A stretch of DNA of 64,000 nucleotides from Amoebidium appalachense (Eukaryota > Protista > Ichthyosporea): contig CAVNZM010000010.1 in assembly GCA_963693365.1 (NCBI GenBank), positions 6,449,794-6,513,793 on the forward strand, given 5' to 3'. A program made the translations under genes and the position numbers. Below are positions 49,478 to 60,173 of the stretch, in pieces. The stretch's first letter is position 1. Each line of letters opens with the position of its first letter. The notes under the pieces were generated by a model, which made no database searches, had not been told where the DNA came from, and was given only the letters and a program-made list of their open reading frames with translations.

Positions 49478-49583
49478 AGCCCCTCCCCCTCGCCCAACCC
49501 CGCTCCTGCCCTACTACGACCACTACACATGTACGCACACATGCGCGTGTACCCACACACACAAACACACGAATGTACACACA

Positions 49584-49627
<44 letters not shown>

Positions 49628-49672
49628 CACACTCACACTCACACTCACTCACACACACACACACACACCCCT

Positions 49673-49703
<31 letters not shown>

Positions 49704-50172
49704 TTCTACCCCTGGTTAGCGTTGCTGCTTAGAAAATACGAATATGGCTCCCATTGCTCCGAGTCCCTGATTTTCACTAATGAGAGTGGTGTGAAAACGA
49801 GGCCAATGTGCACGATCCTGTTTACGTTTTCAGCCACTGTCTGTTTGCTGGCACAGTTATGTGCAAGCCGTGTGTGTGTGTGTGTGTGTGTGTGTACTGG
49901 TGACAGGGAGGAGCCCTTGCCGGGGGGGGGGGGGGGGGGGGGGGAGGGGGGGAGGGGGGACAGGGGCAAGGAGACTCGGTGCATTACATTTGAATCCGAC
50001 GGCACATGTCGCTCTGAGCCACACATGTCCATATATGGTTAAAGATTGTGTATGCTGATTAATTGGGGGGCTGCAGGGATGCCCAGAACATGTGCAAGGA
50101 TGTGGACAAGGCGCTGGTGGATATCCTCGTGGCTGCAGAGGGTATTTGCCCTCTACCCCCTCCTGCCCCCCT

Positions 50173-50210
<38 letters not shown>

Positions 50211-50439
50211 CCCCGGGGCTTTCCCTCCCCTAGGTTCATGTTTGTAGAAAATACTCACATCCTCCCCCCTTTCTCCCTGGCCCTAACCCTCCTTGTTTTA
50301 TGTATTGGAAAAAAGAGGCTCGGTTGATGATGCTTTCCCTCTCCTACCTTCCTCAGTCTAGAGGCTCTCTCACGTGTACTTCCCCCCTTCCCCCCCCCCC
50401 CCCCCCCCCTCTCCCGCTTTTCCCTCCCCCCCCCCTTCG

Positions 50440-50487
<48 letters not shown>

Positions 50488-50605
50488 CCCTCCCCTCCTC
50501 CTCCCCCTCCCTTCCCCTCCCCCAGGCATGACGGAGACGGAAGCTGAGAGTGTGCTCAAACGCCTGTTCGAGGAGCACCGCTACAAGAGAGATGTGTGGG
50601 CATGA
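37248..50605 (+). CDS. MTRR: Methionine synthase reductase (diflavin FMN/FAD/NADPH reductase), 16 exons
   Basis: Exons ~37248-37319 ([16 protein letters not shown]), 37813-37887, 38489-38569 ([14 protein letters not shown]), 39738-39804, 40142-40259 ([11 protein letters not shown]...ADDAVG), 41082-41597 (FEPGDAFG), 42060-42151, 42807-42895, 43658-43911 (LCSRQG; PRFYSAAS), 44392-44473 (GVATGWL), 46169-46328 ([16 protein letters not shown]), 47749-47869 (WLFFGC), 48685-48795 (VAFSR), 49332-49421 (YVQD...IYVCG), 50077-50141 and 50526-50605 (YKRDVWA*). The lack of an N-terminal membrane anchor and the LCSRQG, GLGDTNY and ADDAVGLE signatures favour MTRR over CPR or NDOR1. Confidence 0.9.
37463..37588 (+). 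repeat. Perfect 63-bp tandem duplication in MTRR intron 1
   Basis: GTGGGTGGAAAGATGCC...ACACTCGTTAC occurs twice, head-to-tail. Confidence 0.9.
44815..44931 (+). mobile_element. Diverged short 3' fragment related to the 593-bp element in an MTRR intron
   Basis: GAGGATGGGCTTTGCTTATGCATATTTTTTATGTG...TTCTGCATTGTGTT...GTGTACGTCGTA matches the last ~110 nt of the element and ends at a short C-run. Confidence 0.65.
46744..47379 (+). mobile_element. Interspersed non-coding element, copy 1 (putative SINE or non-LTR 3' end with poly(C) terminus), in an MTRR intron
   Basis: 593 bp (46744-47336) apparently identical to 58805-59397, ending GCATTCAAA + C43. It probably extends ~60 bp further 5'. No TIR or LTR is visible. 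Confidence 0.8.
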
Positions 50606-51307
50606 GATCACGTGCAAGCAGGCGGGGTGTATGGATTTTGAATTCTTGGTGTGTGTATGTGGATTGATTCCTCGGTGGATTGGATTTGGTGAGGCGGGTT
50701 ATGTTCGTAATGGTAGGTAACACATGCTTTGGGGAGAGTGGAGCCCTGGGATGGGAGAGGAAAGGTTGACACTTTCCTTGGTTGCATTTTCTTTTGTGTG
50801 TTTGTTCGGAAGGAAGAAGGAAGATGGTGTTTGTGATATGTCTGACTGATTTTATAAAGATCTGACATGGGTTGTGGGAAATTTCACGTACAGTACACAA
50901 TTCACCTCGTGCCGGCATGATGGTAAACTGGTTTAGTGTTTTATGCATTATTATTACATAGGAATGAGATTGAGTGTACAGTGGTTGGCAGGTGACGTGT
51001 AAAGCATGCGATCAATGTCCATGTGTGTAAATTCGCATTGTAAGAAGTTGTTTAAATATTTACATAACGATATTTATCATCGGCACAAGGCATGCAGTGA
51101 CAGCAAATAAATATCACGGCAATGACTTACGATATCACCTCTGAAGGCTGTATGTATCCCAATTTAGTCCGACACAATTGTACAACACAGGCATGCATGT
51201 CCCTAACAGCTCGACGTGTGTGTGTACGTGTGTGTGTGTGTTGGCATGTGGATAAGCCACAGACTTGCGCACAACTTGATGCATCTGCAAGATACCACAC
51301 CCAGAGA

Positions 51308-51348
<41 letters not shown>

Positions 51349-52097
51349 GGGGGCACGTGCACGGATTCGGAGTCGTGGCATGGTACCCGGTACCGGAGGG
51401 GCATACACGTGATATGTATGTGCCCATGCATGGCCGGGTAATTTGTGCAATCCAATGACCTACGTGGTGCCTATGGTAACGTGGTCTATTCTTCGTTTTT
51501 CATACACTTATTATATGTCGCCTTGTAATTGTTATGTGCACACTTTAGCTTGGATACTGGTTAGGCATCTAGGCCTTGTTTTGCATCATCTTTGCAGCAG
51601 GCCTAAGCGGGATCGTGGGAGCCCCGTGGTGGTGGTGGTGGTGGTGGTGGTGTGTGTGTGGGGGGGGATGGATAGGAACAGAATGTACACGCACCTGCTC
51701 ATAATTCATTCATGGAACGGTTACCTTTTTGAGCTAGACCTGCTAGCTCACTCAATCATATTTTAGCACAAGCTCCGAAGCTCCGGTATCCCTATCATTC
51801 ATTACATAACACCTTCGAGTTAAGTCAAGTATTCACCACATGCCATGCTACGGCATCTTAGAAATTCCTCAATTTTTATGCGCTTCTACAGTTATGCTTG
51901 CAACCTTCAGCTTTCTTTAATCCTATTCGGCTTTGAATCTTTTCTCCGTGCAGTCAAAAAGACATTCGGGGGATTCATACAATGCCAAACACTACCAACA
52001 CAACCTTTCATACGATGGTGAGAGTCTGCTGTGACGCAACCAAGTTTGCATGAACGACAGGGGAGAGGAGGAGGAGGAGGAGGGGGAGGGGGGGGGG

Positions 52098-52133
<36 letters not shown>

Positions 52134-52282
52134 TATTGTCGAAGAAGGTGGATGTGTGGTTTGCATGCCACCTACCACGTGCCCCTCCTCCCCCACCAAC
52201 CACCCAGTCCAAGACCCCATCATGACATCCATCCAATCAAATCCCACCCTGGTGCAACCATCCGATCAGATCTCTCCGTCAC

Positions 52283-52568
52283 CTAGCCAGTGGACCCGAA
52301 CCCTATGGGCCCTCCACACCTTTCCAACCGTGCACACAGTGCGGCTATGGAAGAATCTAGGGCTTCTGGAACTTTCCTTTGCTCTGTGGCTGTGAACTCC
52401 TGCAATACGTAGTTGACGACATCACTCTTGTTGGCTGGCCGGTCAATACCAATGCGCAGACGGTGGATCTTCTGTGTGTGTGTGTGTATGTGTGGGTGGG
52501 TGGGTGAGGGGAGGGGGGGGGGGGGGGGGGGGGGGAGTGTGTGTGAGTGTGTGTGAGTGTGTGAGTGT

Positions 52569-52611
<43 letters not shown>

Positions 52612-52640
52612 AGTGTGTGTGGTGGTGGGTGGGTGGGTGG

Positions 52641-52716
<76 letters not shown>

Positions 52717-53411
52717 CATGTATATGCATGTATGTGTGTGTGTTTGTATGCATGTGCGTGTGTGCATGTGTGTGTGTGTGTGTGCATGTGTGTGCGCGTG
52801 TATGTGTGTGCATGTGTGTGCCCATGTGCCGGCATGTGTGTCGTGAGGGATTGGGGGTTAGTGGTGTGTAGGTATTCTTTGGTGGGGTGTCTCGCGTGCT
52901 TGTGCGTGTATATGTGTTGTTTGCGTGCGTGCGCATGTGCGTGCATGCGCATGTGCCCGTGTGTGTGAGTGCTTGTCTGGATATGCTTGCATACAAATCG
53001 CTGGGCAAAGAGGAAGACAAACAGAGAGAAGAGAACAGGGGGGAGGTGGGGGGAGAATCCCTTTAGAAACTATAAACGCGGCAAGTTTAGCATGCAAAAC
53101 CCAACTGACATGACACCTCGGAGTCAGGAGACAGGACCAAAGCCCGCGTACGAGAACGGCAGAGAAAAACAGGGGCGAGGCAGGGGAGGGGAGGGGGAGA
53201 AGGGGATGGGGGTGACGGGAGGGGGGAAGAGACGGGGGGGAGGGGGGGAGGGGGGGGGGGGGAGGCAAAACACACATCCGTTTTCAGGCATGACTGGGCG
53301 GATCGGACACCATTGTGACCATTTGCACTCCCTCCCTCCTTGAACCCCCACTTGCCCAGAGGTCGGTCTAGATCGTCCTGAATGAGCCAAAGTGTGCACT
53401 CATTAACGTGG

Positions 53412-53501
<90 letters not shown>

Positions 53502-53531
53502 GTGTGTGAGTGTGTGAGTGTGTGAGTGTGT

Positions 53532-53575
<44 letters not shown>

Positions 53576-54228
53576 GCGTGTGCGCGTGGGCGCGCATCTG
53601 TGTGTGCGTGTAAGAGTAGAGGCTTCAGTCAGTCAAAGCAGGTTCTCAAATATGTGCTACCTTGGAAGCACGAACTGTGAGAGAACCAGAAGGTGTTGGG
53701 TTAAAGTGAGAAAACGCAGTCCCTTTAAAGGAACACAGACATAGACATAGACAGGGAGCTGTATGTTTTAAGGGGTTGGGATCATGGACGAGGACACAGT
53801 TAACGACAAAACACCAGAAAAAAAACATAAAAAAAATCAGGGTACCTCCCCCCCCCCCCCCCACAAAAAAAAGGGGGGAGGGGGGGGGAGGGAGGGGGGT
53901 AGGCACGTACGTCACATCCCCAAGATAGTGTTTGACTGCCTTGGCCACTGCCTTTCCATTCTCGTTCATGTAGAGCCGTGGCCGCAGTAGGATGAGCTCA
54001 TGTGTGCGGCCGTCAGATCGAGGGAGCGTAACCTAAAAACATAATTACGTGTGTCGATTTACTAATCGGCTACTTAAACTGAGCAGGGCGCCAGCATGCG
54101 TAACGTGACGTTGCTAGCACAAAAAAGGGTGTGTGTGTGTTTTTTTTTTTGGGGGGGGGGGGGAGGGGGGAGGGGGGGGAGGGGGGAGGGCGGGGGGATT
54201 TGGGGAGGCAAAAAGGAGAAAGATCCAT

Positions 54229-54264
<36 letters not shown>

Positions 54265-54311
54265 GGAGAGGTGTGCTCCAAAAGCATAACACGGTCGTGA
54301 GCCCGTTGTGT

Positions 54312-54370
<59 letters not shown>

Positions 54371-54824
54371 GGGGGGGAGAGGGACGGAGGGAGGGGGAGG
54401 AGGAGAGGGGAGGGAGTGTGTGTGGTTGGGGGGGGGGGGGGGAGGGGGAGGGGGAAGGGGGGGGGGGGGGGGGGGGGGGGAGAGTAGGAGAGAGGTAAAC
54501 GAAAAGGCAACAGGGGGGCAGAAAAGGAGAACTAACCCCCTCCTCCGTCCCGCCCCCCCCCCCCCCGGGGGGAAGGGGATGGGGGGGAACACAGCAAAAG
54601 CAGGGGGGATTATAATAACTCAGGGCACACACAGGAACGGAATAAGTGGAGACGGAAGTTACGGCTGATGCTCAGACGAAGAGACAAACAACACAGGAAA
54701 AGGTCGAAAAGGGTGGGGGGGGGGGGGGGGGGGGGGGGGGGAGGCAACGCAAGTGACGTAAAAAAAAAAAAGTGATTGTGTTGTACTAGAACATACATCC
54801 TATGCCGGAGAAAGCGGGCAAGCA

Positions 54825-54859
<35 letters not shown>

Positions 54860-55667
54860 TGGGGGGAGGGAGGAGGAGGATGGGGGGGGGGGGGGGGAGG
54901 GGAGGGGGGAAGGGAGGGGGAGGGGGGAGGGAGGGGGGGGGGGGAGAACCTTTGCCACGCTAGCCAGCAAAGAGCGGTCTGTGGCCCACTGTGCCGAATG
55001 TTGGGCTGCCAGCCGGTCCACAAACATCATCCCTATGTTGTGCCGCGTGTTTGGTAGGGTGTGGTTGCCTAGGCCCACAATCTGCAAGGGAGGAGATTTT
55101 AGCAACTGAGTCTTCCATGCCGAGATGCTAACATCCTCTGACATAACTGAGATGCTAAAAGCCTCTGGCATATACGTTATTCTGCACGTGTCCATAAATT
55201 CTTCCAATCAACCCCGCGCTCGCCTCCACAGCAAGGCACTAAGGCAAGCACACCCCTTTTCCCCTAGCCCACGTCAGTGTGAGCACACAAGGTCGGGTCT
55301 ATTTGCGTGAGCAGCTGTGTCAAATAACTCCGGCAAACCTGTAATCCCCTGCATGCAGCCGAAGGGCTGAGCGAAATGTGTTAAGAAAGCACGCTTGATT
55401 ATCCTTCACTGTTGCCAGCTGCAGGGGGTCGTTTCCACAGTGCCCAGTACCCATTCACAGGCACAGCAGCCGTATAAGGTTGCTACAAAGCATCGGGGCG
55501 CTAGAAGAGAATTTTTGAAAGACAGAGGTGGTTCTAGTTTGTGTAAAAGAATGTGATGCACATGCTTTGGGGGGGGGGGGGGGGGGGGGGGGGGGTTGGT
55601 TTGCTACCAAAGTGCGCAGCATGATGGCGTCGGAGCTTGACGGAACACCGTTGCTGCAGCAAGACAT
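52283..55667 (-). CDS. PTRH1: Peptidyl-tRNA hydrolase (bacterial-type Pth1 family), 5 exons
   Basis: Minus-strand exons: ~55667/55622-55608 (MLRTL), 55081-54950 (IVGLGNHTLPNTRHNIGMMFVD), ~54032-53911 (LLRPRLYMNENGKAVAKAV), 53412-53276 (QDDLDRPLGKWGFKEGGSANGHNGVRS) and 52471-52283 (HRLRIGIDRP...YVLQEF). The canonical Pth motifs are present. Start and stop are less certain. Confidence 0.9.
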
Positions 55668-55955
55668 TAACAAGCCTCCACTTGCGTGCACGTGTGTGCT
55701 TGTTTTGAGGTGGAAACGAAGATTTTCAGGTGCCCTTGCTAAACCATCAAGCTATGTAAAGGTACGGTTTCTGTGATTGTCTGCCCTGACAGCTGACAGA
55801 CGGGGTCTATTCTTGGAACCGGTGGTTTGGTGAGCATGTACATGTAGCATGTAGCATGTACCTCTTTTTTTGAGATCGTATTCTCAACCAGCTGGTGGCC
55901 CAACCAAAGAAAATCTGTAAATGTCTGTCTATCTCTCTCTATCTATCTATCTCTC

Positions 55956-55997
<42 letters not shown>

Positions 55998-57132
55998 GTC
56001 TCTCTCTCTCTCTTCCACCCTCCTCTTTACAGCTCGGCTGAGCTATGCTACTACAGTGAAGAATTTCAGGCCCTGGATTACGTAATATGCATATGAAGAT
56101 CCGGGTTTATGATTGGCTAGACTACATATTAGATGAACTAATCATTCATTAAATGTTCATCTAATAGTGATTTTTTGTCTGGCGGCCATTGTGGCTCATA
56201 TATAGGAGAAGATGTGAGGTATGCCAGATTTGTGCTGAGAAATAATGTTCTCACACTTGCAGATAGAAAAGAGCGCATAAAGTAATGTTGTAGCGTGTGT
56301 CACGGCGTAAGCTTTGCAACTGAATCACTGATCCTGGAGCTGGGATTGGAATGTTTCGAAAACGTGACATGCAGATGACGATCCAATGGGCATGAGCTCT
56401 GGCACCCGCGTAAGATCCGTGACCGCATGCCATGTAAAGACAAGCTTAGTTCGAAGGCCTGTTTTTTATATCGACGACTTAACAGAATAAAGCTTCTACT
56501 GTTTATATTCCTATAATATTCTCAGCTACACATGCAGCTTCTATACTGTAATTCGTGACGCATGCGCATGTTCATGAGACGTAATTGGCATTCTACCAAA
56601 CCAATCAAATCGATTCAGCCAGAGTCGGGCAAACTCACAGTAACATGTCGTCCTCTGCAACCAAGATCCAAAACACAAGCTGGCTGAAGGATCTAAAGGA
56701 CACCAAGAATTTGGCAAAAAAAATGGTCGCGCTTTTGTTTTACATTAATTCTTTCAAAAATCAATTCCAGGGTAGCAAAAGAGACTGCTTATTGTATTAT
56801 TTGTATTAAAAGTTTCCGTCAAGTTATTATTTGCCACGCTCAGATTGAATCGCGTGCTATTGGACGGTAGTAATGAAAATAGAAGATTCAGCTTCCGCGT
56901 GCCGCCGCACCGCTCAGCCCCAAACTGGGCTTCCTCTCTTTGACAAAAGACTCAACTAAACGTAACAGCCCAGATTCACAAACTCCGAGAAACATGGTTT
57001 TCAAACTCTTGAACACAAAATTAGCAACAAACGCTGGTTTGTAGACAGTAAACACTCAGTGAAGCTACAACATTAGGTCCCCGCAACATAGCACCCGCTC
57101 TGAAGTGGTAGGCTTGCAGCTGCTGCTAAAAA

Positions 57133-57886
57133 ATGGAAGGCGACCAGGTATATTCAAATTCTCGTCCTATGGTGCGACCCAAAAGGGCCCCGCCAGTACC
57201 ACAGCCTACCGCCCCACCACGTCCTGAAAATCCTCCCCCCGTGGCCATTTCTAACAGACAGAGCACACACGTACGCATACCCCAACCCTACCAACCCCCA
57301 CTCCCACCACGCACGATTGCAGTGCCAGCGCAGGGTCACCATGTGGCGTTCCAGGACGGGGCTGTGGAGGTGCAAATGGTACCTCCTGCACTACCACCCA
57401 AGGCGGCCAAGACCTCTGACAAGGTGCAGCACAAATTGGTGCTGTCCACGTCAGACGCATCCATTTCCTCGGCCTCGTCCCCTTCATTTCCCCGTCTAGC
57501 CGAAGGTAAGAAATCCTGATTCAGAAGAATTTGTTTAACGTATTTGACTTCTTCTGAACTGTAATTACAATGCGCACAATGTAAACGCTAGCATATCAGA
57601 TACGGTATGGCGCATACGCCAGTATCATTATAGCTACACCTTCATAGGCATCACTTAAATATGCAAAAGTTATTGCATTTTGGCTCCTTTGGAACGAATG
57701 ACTTGTCGCTGCAAGAGCAAATGCATCGGATTTCCAAGGGGAAATGTCACACACACACATCCACACACCTGTTCACAAACACGAGCACATACAGGCCGGC
57801 TCTCTCGTGTCTAGTGGTGAAGTATGCTGCCGCTGACGCATCCAAACCTGGTTAATATGACACACACATGCACACAATCTACCATG

Positions 57887-57950
<64 letters not shown>

Positions 57951-57975
57951 TTTTATTTTATTTTATTTTATCACG

Positions 57976-58026
<51 letters not shown>

Positions 58027-59677
58027 CGCGCGCGCGCGCAGCTTGAGATATCAGCACTAACACACACGCCCAACCAAACAGCATGCATAACCCAAATTTA
58101 AAATGAAACGAGTCACCACACACACGCACACACAAACACACATAGCCGTGACATGCGCTCAACTTCTCCCAGCGTACCCCAATCATGCGACACTCACGAC
58201 CCCTTTTCCCTATAGGCAAAAAGACAGGGGCACACATGGAAATACCCATGACCCCAGAGGAGACAACAAGTACCCGATTTGCCGCGTTTTGTGGCCCGAC
58301 CCACTACCACCCCGACCCCAACGAAATCAACAACTACTGGTGCGAAGATTACTTTAAGAACGGCACAGCGCATGATTGGTGGAGGCTGTGCGGTGTCATT
58401 TTCCCGTTCTTTAACGAGGAGGCTCACGAGTTAAAGAGGTCACTTTTGTCCATGCACCGGCAGGCGAAACAATTGCTCGAATTGGAAATGCGCGTGCATG
58501 TGATGATAGTTATGGACGGGTGGTGGAAGGCAAGCAACAGCATGAAGGAATATATCAAACAGATGTTTCCAGCAAACCCTGGGGAGCAGCCGTGGTGGGA
58601 GGTGGTAGAGAGGCTACCTGCAGGCGACAACACGGTGGAGACGTATGTTGTGCAGAGAGTAGTGGTGGGCGCTGCAAACGGCCATGTGAGGGTGCGTGTC
58701 CCACCCTTTCCCTCGTTCCCCCACCTGCCCCGCTTTCCTCTGAGGCTCCCCCCCCCCCCTCCCCCCCCCCCCCTCTCCCCCCCCCCCCCCCCCCCCCCCC
58801 CCCCGACTATCGGTTTGGCTTTTTTCAAGCCCAAAGCAATGGGTGATACCATATTTCCGGCTGACATCCGGGGGCATAGCTTTCCGTTCGAAGACGATAA
58901 AGTTCCGCCCTAGTAAGCGTGTTACTACCCTGCGGCGTGGGTCAAATCTCATATTTTCCCCTCTGATTACGAATTCTGTGGCCTTCGGGACTTAATTCTT
59001 TTCAGCTGGTGTAGTATGTTAGCCAGGGAAGTATCGACTTAGGTATCGACGGGGGAGCTTCCTAGAAGCCCCGTCTCCTGAGTTCCTATCTATATTTTTC
59101 TTGCTTCTGCTTACTGCTGCAACTTTAACCCCCGGCCTTTCCCACTGCCCTTGCCTGCATAAGCAACCCTGCTCGTCTCTGATCAAGACGGGTGACCTAC
59201 TCATGTTCAAGTGAAACAGTATCTGAGTTGGGTTTCGTTAACGAGGGGAATAGGTCGAAACTCGGGTACTGTGGATGACGTGGGCCCCCCCTGAGGATGG
59301 GCTCTGCTTATTATGCATACTCTTTATGTATGGCTTGCATTCTGCATCGTGTTATCCGTTTGTTCTTGTGTACTTCGTACTTTTTGACGCATTCAAACCC
59401 CCCCCCCCCCCCCGGCCAAGCCCCTCCCTCTGCACTAGTGCACGCACATCACACCCATAAACACATCTATACACAAGCACACATGTCCTGCGCATGCGCG
59501 CGCACCCAGCGCGTGCATGCACGGACGCACACGCGCACGCACAGACACACACACCGTGCCAATTAAAATTTGATTGCCAAATAAACATAGCATATACAGA
59601 AACACCTGTCTGGCACCATACCACTGTGTAAAGCCATTTCAGACCTTCTGTTGTGAGTGTTCTGGTGATGCCCACCA

Positions 59678-59709
<32 letters not shown>

Positions 59710-60129
59710 CCCCACCCCACCCGCCGCAGCCCTCCCCCTCGCATATCTTCAAACACGTATCCCCGAACGGTTTCGAATTTCCGTGTTGCCTCCCTTTTCC
59801 TTAACTCTTTATTTCGATTTGCCTTGTGCCATATTTCTTCCCATTCGAAGTCCTTATTCCTGGTCCCTGTTAATCTCCCCCCCCCCCCCCCCCCAAAAAA
59901 AAAAAAAAAAAAAAACCCCTTACTTATCCCACCAGCCGCCAGTCACCTCCTGTACTTTTTGTTCTCTTTCGCAATGGGATCGGTTTATACATTTTTTTTT
60001 TTGCTACCTTGCCTTTGCGAGTCATTTTCGTTGTATCTTGTTCTTCTGTTCTTTCCATTTTCCGTACATGCTATAGCTCGACACTAACCCTCCCCACCCC
60101 CTTCCCCCCTCGAGCTCTCCATCCCCCCC

Positions 60130-60173
<44 letters not shown>

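Noticed and set aside
37248-50605. Calling the diflavin reductase CPR, NDOR1 or NOS
   Set aside because: There is no N-terminal transmembrane anchor or oxygenase domain, and MTRR-type signatures are present.
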